From the IMG/VR virus record IMGVR_UViG_3300045988_177924: a DNA stretch of 64,000 bases; one strand, written 5' to 3'. Position 1 is the first letter of the stretch, and the number at the start of each line of letters is the position of its first letter. The notes beneath the pieces were generated by a model. It was not told where the DNA came from. It saw only the letters and a program-made list of their open reading frames with translations, and searched no databases. The translations under genes were made by a program, and so were the position numbers. Below, in pieces: positions 33,689 through 42,401 of this stretch. The DNA comes from a virus.

Positions 33689-33994
33689 TCAAAACCAGAA
33701 AAAGTCATTCAAGACATCGAACATCGACGGCATCGAACTCTTCCCATTATAACTTATATGGAAAGAGCCGTAGTCCTTGACGAACTCTTTCAGCAACTTT
33801 TGTGCTTCGGCCTCAGCCTCTCGCGCCTTTTTAAAGGCGTCGACGACAGCCTTCGACCTCGTCTCGCGTTCGTTTTTAAGAGCCAGCTGTTTCTCTTCTT
33901 CGGCTTTCTTTTTTGCGACAATAGCCTCTTCGGCTTTTTCGCACTCTTCTTTTGTTTCATAGACCTTGTCGGTCATCTCACTGTAATACTTCAT
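33689..33994 (-). CDS. hypothetical K/E-rich coiled-coil protein (101 aa)
   Basis: SD AAAGGAG. Confidence 0.6.
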   Translation of the reverse strand: MKYYSEMTDKVYETKEECEKAEEAIVAKKKAEEEKQLALKNERETRSKAVVDAFKKAREAEAEAQKLLKEFVKDYGSFHISYNGKSSMPSMFDVLNDFFWF

Positions 33995-34064
33995 ATTGTA
34001 CTCCTTTTGAGCGTTCCTTATCTTCGCTCTAATTTATATTTCCCATCGTTCTCTGCTGACGGGA

Positions 34065-34496
34065 TTATTCACCCAAACCTGCCTGGTCGGTATCGGATTT
34101 TTCTTTTTCAGCCTGCATCATATGCCGAAACTCAGCATCCGTGCGTGAGGCATACTCCCTCACTTTCTGACGTCGACAGCGCTCGTAGACATCAGCGACA
34201 TCCTTCGCCTGTTGTTTGGTATAAAACCACCCTTTGATCAATCCTGTAGTCGTTGACGTTATTGGTCTGAGGACGTACTCGGGGTAAACACCATTATGAT
34301 CATCGAAGTCGTAAACCAGCGGAATATATCGGACAACTTTAGTGTCTTTATCTTTCACCTTTTTATACTTTATTGGGAATGGAAACTCGAGGGTACCATA
34401 ACTTGCCCAACAGGCCACGAGGTAAATCTTTGGCAGCTTAGCGAGCTTGTCTTTGGTTTTTTGATTGTAGGGCAGATGTTTTCTTACTATACACAT
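34065..34496 (-). CDS. hypothetical basic protein (143 aa)
   Basis: SD TAAGGAG. Confidence 0.6.
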   Translation of the reverse strand: MCIVRKHLPYNQKTKDKLAKLPKIYLVACWASYGTLEFPFPIKYKKVKDKDTKVVRYIPLVYDFDDHNGVYPEYVLRPITSTTTGLIKGWFYTKQQAKDVADVYERCRRQKVREYASRTDAEFRHMMQAEKEKSDTDQAGLGE

Positions 34497-34573
34497 GGGG
34501 TTGCTCCTTATTTATATTTGTATTTTTTAAGCGAGAAAACCCGTTGGTCTTTAGCCAATGGGATGAATCGCTA

Positions 34574-35836
34574 TTAATCTTGACTGTTAATGATATTTTG
34601 ACTTATATATAAGCAACTTCTTCTCGCTGAGATTCTGTTACAGTTTGATAATTTTGGTGTCTTATAGCCTCTCGGCATATAACTAAAATCTATCTGATTA
34701 TTAAATATGTCCATAAGTATAGCAAATCCAGAACTCATCTTTCCTTTGATGAAATACTCTTTTCCAAAGTATTTGACCTTATCAAATTTTCTAAATCCTT
34801 GAATCTTACCTACAGGGATTTTTTGTTCTCCACGAACGCCCCTAGTTAATTGATAATTTCCTTTGGATACTCTTCGCTTTTGATAGATAGTGTCATTGAG
34901 CGTGAACTCTTTACCACCGGAAGAGATGACACAAGCATCTATGAAATGGTCTTTTGGTAGATGGAGACTTTCACGATTCGTCTTAGTAACAAATCCAAAA
35001 GTCTCAATAGCGTCAGGATAGACCTTAAGCAACCGACTTCTGATGATACTCATGTGAGTTGCATACTTTAAATTCATCTTTTTAGGTTTTTTGTTTAGTG
35101 CAATTTTCCCACTATGGACTCCGGTGTGGCAATCTTCACATAAGGTTATGAGATTGCTCTCATCATCTGTTCCACTTTGACTTTTAAAGACGATGTGATG
35201 AACCTCTAATCTGGTATGTTTCTTACCGCAAATCTGGCAGGTATAACCATCACGATTAAGTATGGCTTCTCGTCTACTGGCCCATTCATAGTTAAAACCC
35301 TTTTGATACCCCCAGTGTTTGACCTTCTCCAAAATCAAACTTGGATTTTTCATCAGATGTGTATCAAACTGACTGACTTCAAGTACAATCTTTGAAATTG
35401 GGAGTATCTTTTTGCAGAACTCGATTTCATCAATGTGTGCTTGTACCTTGTGCTTGACGGAAGGTGGAAGCCTGTTTAATTTGGTAGAGTTATTACGGTT
35501 GAGGAATCTTGACTCACGATAACGAGTCTTTCTGTTGCGTCTATTCCTACGAGCCTGTCTCCTACTATCCATCTTCGACTTGATATCGTCTCGAAGTTTT
35601 ACATTTGACTGATACAAAACTTTGTTATTGCCAACACAAGCAGTACCAATATATTTTGAGCCTGTATCTTGTCCTAAGACAACGTCTTGTGTATACTCAG
35701 TGGAGTCATAAGTAAGTTGAATTGTAAATGGACATCTCTTTTTGACTTTAGCTTTGCCATCTTTGAGAAGCAATCTTGCGACCACATTCTCGCATGGCAT
35801 TAGCGGTTTCCCACTTTTTGAAATTACATAAACCAT
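34574..35836 (-). CDS. iscB: IscB, OMEGA-family RNA-guided nuclease (RuvC split by HNH) (420 aa)
   Basis: PLMP (SGKPLMPC); RuvC-I VLGQDTGSKYIG; Arg-rich bridge helix RRQARRNRRNRKTRYR; RuvC-II IVLEVSQFD; HNH CQICG..LEVHHIVFKSQSGTDDESNLITLCEDCH; RuvC-III KDHFIDACVI; SD AAGGAGA. Confidence 0.85.
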   Translation of the reverse strand: MVYVISKSGKPLMPCENVVARLLLKDGKAKVKKRCPFTIQLTYDSTEYTQDVVLGQDTGSKYIGTACVGNNKVLYQSNVKLRDDIKSKMDSRRQARRNRRNRKTRYRESRFLNRNNSTKLNRLPPSVKHKVQAHIDEIEFCKKILPISKIVLEVSQFDTHLMKNPSLILEKVKHWGYQKGFNYEWASRREAILNRDGYTCQICGKKHTRLEVHHIVFKSQSGTDDESNLITLCEDCHTGVHSGKIALNKKPKKMNLKYATHMSIIRSRLLKVYPDAIETFGFVTKTNRESLHLPKDHFIDACVISSGGKEFTLNDTIYQKRRVSKGNYQLTRGVRGEQKIPVGKIQGFRKFDKVKYFGKEYFIKGKMSSGFAILMDIFNNQIDFSYMPRGYKTPKLSNCNRISARRSCLYISQNIINSQD

Positions 35837-36161
35837 AAATAAGTCTCCTTAAAATTCTCACTCTTAATGAGTGGTAACGCCTATCTTAACTCTGTTACCA
35901 AGTTAAGAATTGGTCTTCCTTTCGTCAATGTTAATTAGGCTTTTGCGACATACACACAGGGCTTTTCTTACTCCAACCCAACTTAATGTATATCGACAGA
36001 GCGACGGTCTAAGGCGACAACCGAAGGTGTCATGACCTAACTAACGTAGCTCTCATTTCTGAGGCTGAGACTTGTGAACTATTTAATGGAAGCCTACGAG
36101 TTTTTAGCTCATAGGTGGCTCACTAGGATTATTACATCACTTTACTCCTTTATATCTTATA
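35837..36161 (-). ncRNA. candidate omega RNA (HEARO-type) of IscB, including the 5' guide region
   Basis: 325 nt ORF-free stretch between a consensus promoter and the iscB ATG; helices CCUAUGAG/CUCGUAGG, CUCA-GAAA-UGAG, CUUAAC/GUUAAG interleaved with GGUAAC/GUUACC, CACUC/GAGUG. Confidence 0.6.
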
Positions 36162-36168
36162 TATTAAT

Positions 36169-36197
36169 ATTATACACTATTTGATTATAAAAGTCAA
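36169..36197 (-). promoter_or_regulatory. P1: sigma-70-type promoter TTGACT-17-TATAAT (reverse strand) driving omega RNA and iscB
   Basis: TTGACT at 36197-36192, TATAAT at 36174-36169. Confidence 0.75.
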
Positions 36198-36298
36198 CTG
36201 TAGATGACATAATTCTTTAAGATTCTGTGAGTATGTGTGGTAGTTTTTCTTTGGGAAAAATATTTTTTATTTTTTTTTGTATTTTCTGTCATTGGTAG

Positions 36299-36327
36299 TT
36301 GACAAATGGTATTTTTCTGTGTATAAT
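36299..36327 (+). promoter_or_regulatory. P2: sigma-70-type promoter TTGACA-17-TATAAT firing rightward into TA island B
   Basis: TTGACA 36299-36304, TATAAT 36322-36327, then GGGGTGGGTGGTCGGG. Confidence 0.75.
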
Positions 36328-36357
36328 AGGGGTGGGTGGTCGGGAGAATGAGATCAC

Positions 36358-36560
36358 TATTTTTTATTATATTATATTTTAATATATATTTAACATATTA
36401 TATGTTATAATGATAGAATATATGTTATATGATCATATATTATATATATTTAATTATATTTTAATATATTATTACTTTTTTAATATATAATAATATTAAT
36501 TATAATTAATATTATTTATATTAATATTTATAATTATTATATATTTATATATAAATAAGC
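36358..36560. repeat. TA island B: about 200 bp almost purely A/T (83 bp with no G/C at 36476-36558)
   Basis: read directly; no ORF and no terminator hairpin. Confidence 0.9.
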
Positions 36561-36594
36561 AAGATCTTCTTATCTATACCCGCCCACCACCCAA

Positions 36595-36623
36595 ATTATA
36601 ACAACTTTGAAAAGAAAAGTCAA
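36595..36623 (-). promoter_or_regulatory. P3: sigma-70-type promoter TTGACT-17-TATAAT (reverse strand) firing leftward into TA island B
   Basis: TTGACT at 36623-36618, TATAAT at 36600-36595, then GGGTGGTGGGCGGG on the minus strand. Confidence 0.75.
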
Positions 36624-36681
36624 CCTACAATGACACAAAAATAAAAAAAATTTTAAAACTTTACAAAAATGTCATCATATG

Positions 36682-36710
36682 TTGATATTAAATATGATAT
36701 GTGTTATAAT
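36682..36710 (+). promoter_or_regulatory. P4: sigma-70-type promoter TTGATA-17-TATAAT with TGn extended -10
   Basis: TTGATA 36682-36687, TATAAT 36705-36710; followed by a 9-bp hairpin AAGAAAGAG/CTCTTTCTT. Confidence 0.7.
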
Positions 36711-36784
36711 ATAAATATAATAAGAAGAAAGAGAATATCCTCTTTCTTTAGGAATCTATATCACTTCTAAGGAACTACATTATT

Positions 36785-37354
36785 ATGAGCAAACACTTAC
36801 ACCTAATTGTAGAAGACAATGTAATTTTTAATTGTGCGGAGACAATAACCAAAAAACTTAATGAAAAATACAACACTAATTATTCTGTAATCGATTTTTA
36901 CGAAAACAAATTCCAAACGGTCTGTGGTCAAGATCATGATTTCGAAATCATTGATTGTATCAAAAGTCTGAATGTACCTGACTTGCGGATTCGAGAAGGC
37001 GCGGAAGATTTTCTTGATACCATCACAGAACTTGCGGAGAACTGTAAGCTCACTATCGAGATTGAAAGTTATGCTGAAGCTTATAGAACGGCAACAATGG
37101 AAGATGTAGAAAAAATTCGTCTTTTTGGAGACTCGGTTATATATATAGGCAGCGATTACCGTATGTGCGCTAATTATTTAGCTGATATGGTCGTGTTATT
37201 TACTGGCGATGTTGAACATCAGCGTAACCGTGTTGAAGGTAATGAGGAAGATTTTTATATCATACATAACTTTAACGACTTAGAAGCGTTGGTGAAGTTT
37301 TATGCCGATTACCCTGAATTTGTGGGGAACCCTTCGTCGATTATTGAGGAGTAA
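36785..37354 (+). CDS. hypothetical acidic protein (189 aa)
   Basis: ORF track; weak SD; first gene after P4. Confidence 0.55.
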   Translation: MSKHLHLIVEDNVIFNCAETITKKLNEKYNTNYSVIDFYENKFQTVCGQDHDFEIIDCIKSLNVPDLRIREGAEDFLDTITELAENCKLTIEIESYAEAYRTATMEDVEKIRLFGDSVIYIGSDYRMCANYLADMVVLFTGDVEHQRNRVEGNEEDFYIIHNFNDLEALVKFYADYPEFVGNPSSIIEE

Positions 37355-37355
37355 A

Positions 37356-37904
37356 ATGAAAACATTATTTTGTGTACTTGGCAGAAGTGGAACCGGAAAA
37401 GATACAGTCGTTGATCGTGTGTGCCAGCTGACAGGAATGAAGAAAGTGTGTTCTTATACCACGCGCCCCAAGAGAATTAACGAAGGTGACACCCACATTT
37501 TTATTCGACCTGAGGATGTGGATAAATATAAAGATGATATTATTGCGCAGACTGTAATTGGAGATGTGGAATATTTTGCTACAGTTACACAAGTGTTAAA
37601 TAGTGATTTTTATATAATCGATCCTAAAGGGCTTGGAGATTTGTGGAAGTATTGGAATTTCGAAAAACATCCATTAAAAATTGTGGCTGTTTTGATTTCT
37701 GTACCTACGGATGTACAACGTGGATTCTTGATGAAACGGGGCGATGATGTTGAAATTGCCCAGAAGAGAATGGCTGCGGAAGACGCGCAGTTCTGTGAGT
37801 TCGAGAAGGAATATAAAAATAAATACGTTTTGACAAATTTAGATTTGACACAAACGGTGAATGATTTGCTAGATATTATTAAACGCGAAAAAGAGGAAGA
37901 TTAA
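37356..37904 (+). CDS. guanylate-kinase-like P-loop NMP kinase (182 aa)
   Basis: SD GAGGAG before ATG 37356; GRSGTGKDT P-loop and SYTTRPKRINEGDTHIF resembling the gmk TTRxxRxGE signature. Confidence 0.5.
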   Translation: MKTLFCVLGRSGTGKDTVVDRVCQLTGMKKVCSYTTRPKRINEGDTHIFIRPEDVDKYKDDIIAQTVIGDVEYFATVTQVLNSDFYIIDPKGLGDLWKYWNFEKHPLKIVAVLISVPTDVQRGFLMKRGDDVEIAQKRMAAEDAQFCEFEKEYKNKYVLTNLDLTQTVNDLLDIIKREKEED

Positions 37905-37906
37905 GA

Positions 37907-39548
37907 GTGCCTAATTTACAAAACCTATATCAAGTTTTTAAACTTAAATCTAGTTTTATTGTAGAGAACAACTTAAATATAGTTAATTATTCAAAATCTA
38001 AGGCAGCTCGCGATGGAGCGCTGGTATCAATTGGTGATAATCTGGTTTTTCAACAAATCAGAAAATATTATAATGATACCAGAAGTCATCGAGAGATTTT
38101 TAACGATGTCCAACAATTTCGTCGCGCTATAAGAGCCGCGAAGAGAGAGGGACGAACTAAGGAAGCTGGTATTCTTAATCGGTTTTTGACAGATGCGTTG
38201 TTTGTTAAAGATATTATTAACGTTGAAGTCGTGACCAAGAAAGAATATAAAGAATTGGCCAAGAATGGTTTTGACGTTAACGGTATTCATTATGTGAGAT
38301 TTTGTTGTGGTTCGGGACAAATGAGGCGCAACACTATTACCTTTATTAACGAAGCTCTTTATGACACCTTGTACAAAAACCTGATGTGCGGGTTGGACAC
38401 CAAGATTTCAGAAATGAATTTGGCGAAATATCATGCGTATTTTGCGTTGGCGTTTTCAAGTGTTATGTGGGTGCGAACTCCGAGGGTATGCGTAGTTAAG
38501 GATTTCTTTAATGTGGTGAAGGATCAATCGGTTGATTGGATTTGCCCCAATCCCGAGACTGGGAAAAAACAGATTAAAGAAAGAATAATGGATATCGAGT
38601 TAAACTGCGCTGATGGACAGGGGTTGATAGATCCTAAGTTTGCGGCGCTGTGGGCAGAAGATATGAATTTATCATATACGCCGTCGTCGTTCGTTGTCCG
38701 TAGCGTTTTTGTGAAGGGGTGCTTGGTTCCATTTGATTTTCGAGAATTTGGAGCTGTACACGGTATTGACTCAATTCGTGACCGGTGGGGAATCTCGCAT
38801 AGGTTAGAGGATATTGATGTTATATTGAGTGAATCTCAATTCAAGATGTATAAATATTATGTATCTTGGTATGAATATCAAAAGTATGTAGATGCGGCTG
38901 GTATTCAGTGGGGAGTTGCGAGATATAATAAAAAGTACGATGACGAATATGTGCTGGCTAATTATCAATATCTGCAAGTGTTGGATATCAATAAGGATGA
39001 TATTCTGGAATTGATTCAACCGACGATTGATTGGATTAAAAAGATTTGTTCAGGTGACCAATTGTATACAATGCTGTATATGTTGGGTTGCAAGGGCGAA
39101 CAGGTCAGTTTTAAAGAGCTGTACAATGGAGCGCAAAGCACGGCGTTGAGGGCTATTATTAAAAACCCGATAATGTTGGAAGACGCTCATGTACAGAAGA
39201 AAATATATCGCAATATTGCTGAGACGATAAACAAGGCGAAGATTGGTAAGATATGGGTGAGAGGAAATTATAGTTTTATGATTTCCGATCCCGTGGCACA
39301 GTGCCAATCGGCGCTTGGGTTGGAACCGGTGGGGTTAATTGGGCCTGACCAAGTGTATTCAAATTTCTGGAGGCAGCGAAGTGTGGGTTGTGTTGACCTG
39401 TGCCGCAGCCCGATGATTGACTCGCACGAACACAACCCTTGTAAAGTAGTATCGTCCGAAGATATGGATTATTGGTATCAATATATTAAGAGTGGAATCA
39501 TTTATAGTATATATGATACTTCAACATTACGACACTCCGATAGTGACT
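37907..39548 (+). CDS. YonO/RdRP-like single-subunit RNA polymerase, exon 1 (spliced product about 957 aa)
   Basis: GTG start with SD AGAGGAAG; ADGQGLID (RdRP-family DGxGxI), CRSPMIDSHEHNPCKVV; ends ..HSDSD then one nt of the next codon. Confidence 0.55.
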
Positions 39549-40588
39549 TAACATAATGGGTCCGTCGGATGGTAACATTCGATTGCTACTCAGTGAACCT
39601 GGCAATCCAGGGTGTGGGATAAAATCCTGCTAACAGTAAAAATCGTAAGTTTTGTTGGTCGGCCTGGAGAGAAATGCCGACAGAAGAAAAAGAATTCTAT
39701 GTCTATGAATGGATAAACAAAGACACGGGAGAGATTTTCTACGTAGGGAAAGGTAGTGGTTATCGTTGGAAACGTAAAACCGCCAGCTCTCGAAACAGAT
39801 ATTTCAATCGTTATGTCCAAAAATATCCAAATTGTGAACCTCGAAAAGTTTATGAAAATTTAACTGAAGAAGAGGCTTACAACAAAGAGCGAGAATTAAT
39901 AGCCGAATATAAAGCACAAGGCGTTCAGCTGGTTAACTTCGACGAAGGAGGACGACGAGGTGGACGCTCACCTGGAAAGCTAAATGGTATGTATGGGAAA
40001 ACACATACACCAGAAGCTCGAAAGAAAATAAGCGAAGCCAATTCCGATGGCCACAATGCGGGAATCAACAATACTCAATATGGAATTAGTCCAAGAGAGC
40101 GTATGAGTCCTGCGATATACGAGCAGTGGCGTACGGCACACAAGAAAGTAGTTGGTGCAGCAAATCCAAATTGCCATCATACAATTTTGTTTAATCTTGA
40201 ACATGAGATTGTGAAAGAGTTTGAATATACGATTGAATGTGCGCATTTTTTGGAAGAGCAAGAGCATTTAACTAATGGAATTGAGAATATTCGCTCGCAA
40301 ATCAAATATTACAGCAATACAGGACACGTTATGTTCAATAAGTATTATGTAAAAGTGATTCGGCCAACAAAACAAGACAATACTGTGCCAAGCCTCGTGA
40401 AAGAGGAAGGTTAAACGACTACCGAAAGCATATCAAGCGAGAAAAACGTTTGAAAAGAAGCAAGTAGGGTAGAGAACGGTGCAAATCCGGTTCTCGAAGT
40501 GCTGAGGGAACTATGAACGGTAAAAGAACATAGCTCTAAGAGATAGTCTACTCCCCTAATAAATATCGGGAAACCGAGGGTATAAAGG
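39549..40588 (+). mobile_element. group I intron (1040 nt) carrying a GIY-YIG homing endonuclease ORF
   Basis: P1 exon GACU paired with intron GGUC, with U.G at the splice site; core AACUAU/AUAGU(C)U (P7) inside R/S-like elements GGGAACUAUGAACGG and AAGAGAUAGUCUAC; terminal G at 40588; splicing restores the frame. Confidence 0.75.
39674..40414 (+). CDS. GIY-YIG homing endonuclease with NUMOD3-like repeats (246 aa)
   Basis: FYVYEWINKDTGEIFYVGKGSGYR ... NKERELI (GIY-YIG module); GMYGKTHTPEARKKISEA (NUMOD3-like). Confidence 0.8.
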   Translation: MPTEEKEFYVYEWINKDTGEIFYVGKGSGYRWKRKTASSRNRYFNRYVQKYPNCEPRKVYENLTEEEAYNKERELIAEYKAQGVQLVNFDEGGRRGGRSPGKLNGMYGKTHTPEARKKISEANSDGHNAGINNTQYGISPRERMSPAIYEQWRTAHKKVVGAANPNCHHTILFNLEHEIVKEFEYTIECAHFLEEQEHLTNGIENIRSQIKYYSNTGHVMFNKYYVKVIRPTKQDNTVPSLVKEEG

Positions 40589-41820
40589 TTGACGGAGATG
40601 TAGTAATGTCCACGGATAATAAAATCTTTATCAAGGGTGCGCAAAAATGGCACAATGTCATCACATATGAGAAAGGTGCGGTGCCGGTTCAGAAGATTTG
40701 TTTAAAGAATTCAATCGCGACCGATATTCGCGGCTTGGGAACTGGGGTTGGAGGTTTTTCTAACTGCGCAACAATAATGCACGCAATGAAGGGAATTTTC
40801 CAAAAAGACACCCAAAAAGAACAAAGAGACGAACTCACTTTGCGTATTAAATTACTTCGAGAAATTGTTGGTCAAGAAATTGATAGAATTAAAGGAACAG
40901 CCGCGCCGGAGCTGCCAAAAGAGTGGAAAAAATTCATCCGAATTAATGATGATGACACTGATGCGGTTAAGGCTGATAAATATAAAAGAAATTCGATGGT
41001 TATTTCTAAAAAACCCTATTTCTTTAGATATTTATATCCAGAGCTAAACCAACAGTTCAAGCAATACGAAAACAGTTACAATATGGCGTCCAAAAACATG
41101 TTTGGTATTAAATTTAAAAAGCTTTTAACCAAACCTAATAAGTCAGAAGACGAGATGAATTTGGTACGCCGTTATCAAAAGTATTCGCCGCTAATCACCG
41201 CACCGTGCATAATGAATATATTGTGTAAGGAATTTGAAAATGTCGATTTTGATATTAATTTCAATAAAAACGCGGTAAGTATGTTGCCTACCTTTGAGGA
41301 TTGTTTTGAATTTGATCAAGAACGGTTTGCTATTGTTAAAGATTTGTATCGCAAATATACAGCGCGTAAACAAGTAAAAACCTTGGAGAGTATTGTTGAT
41401 AATATTGATTTACCGAATCGTGACGAATATGATGAGATTAGATTCGGGGCAATGACATTTATCAGAACGGAAATTCAAGAGGCGATTGAGTCTGCGTCGT
41501 TCAGTGGCAAAGAATTGCTTTACTACTGCCATTGTTTATCAAAAGAATACAAACAGTTTAATTGGGATTTTGCTTGGGACATTTTAGACGAAAGCGTGTT
41601 GGATTTAATCCCTCGTGGAATTGTTCAGATTCCCGTAAAAAATGAGACTGGATTTGAATACCTTGGTAATCGATACACTTTACAAGTAATTCACGAAGAT
41701 CGCGTCAGCGAGTTGTGTGATGATGACGATTGGAATCAAACGGCGTGGGAAGAAATTTTGGGGCAAGATTTAGATTTTGACTTCGATGCTGATAACTTAT
41801 TTGGAGGCGATGACGTATGA
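40589..41820 (+). CDS. YonO/RdRP-like RNA polymerase, exon 2
   Basis: reading frame open from 40589 (tt gac gga gat ..); junction gives SDFDGDVVMSTDNK. Confidence 0.55.
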
Positions 41821-42398
41821 CAATTGAAGAACAAATTTGTAAGAAATCGATCGAAAAAGGCAGCAGTGTTGTAAAAATCATTAATTTGTTAAGAGCCGAA
41901 GGTATGACCGACGGCTCTATACGAGAATTTCTCCTTGAGTGTGAACGCGGGTTTGAATTAAATAACCAATGTTTTGAACAAATTGTGGACTGTTTATTAA
42001 AAGCCCCTCTTGATACCAAAAATACATTCACAACCTTCGTGGTTTATGAGGATGAATGGAACTTTTTATTAAATATTAGTAATGAGGAAGTTCGAGCCTT
42101 ATTTGGGGTGTTAATATATGTGGCTAAAACAAATTGGCACGACTCGGGGTGGATCAAATATAACGAACCACAAATTATGCAATTGTTGGGGATGAAGGAT
42201 CATAAGAAGTTTTTAGAATTGGTGCATCAGGCCGTGAAGCTTAAATTAGAATTTAGAGTGGTGGGTAGTAAAAATCCGATCTTATGTTTTAAACTCCCGG
42301 TGTTCGTGCGAGAAAATGAAGATGAGCTGTTCGCCCTTGATTATTCTTTACAAGAATTCTTGGCTGTACTGCGCACATCGGTGATGACAAGGAGTTAA
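41817..42398 (+). CDS. hypothetical protein (193 aa)
   Basis: ATGA overlap with upstream stop. Confidence 0.6.
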   Translation: MTIEEQICKKSIEKGSSVVKIINLLRAEGMTDGSIREFLLECERGFELNNQCFEQIVDCLLKAPLDTKNTFTTFVVYEDEWNFLLNISNEEVRALFGVLIYVAKTNWHDSGWIKYNEPQIMQLLGMKDHKKFLELVHQAVKLKLEFRVVGSKNPILCFKLPVFVRENEDELFALDYSLQEFLAVLRTSVMTRS

Positions 42399-42401
42399 TC
42401 T

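Larger units (their letters stand above)
34530..36161 (-). mobile_element. IscB-type IS200/IS605-like element, apparently non-autonomous (no TnpA); ends not determined
   Basis: iscB plus upstream structured RNA; small hairpins near both presumed ends. Confidence 0.35.

Noticed and set aside
36330-36592. G-rich and C-rich flanks of TA island B as a long-range stem
   Set aside because: GGGGTGGGTGGTCGGG and CCCGCCCACCACCC are only imperfectly complementary. They are better explained as mirrored initial transcribed regions of the convergent promoters P2 and P3.
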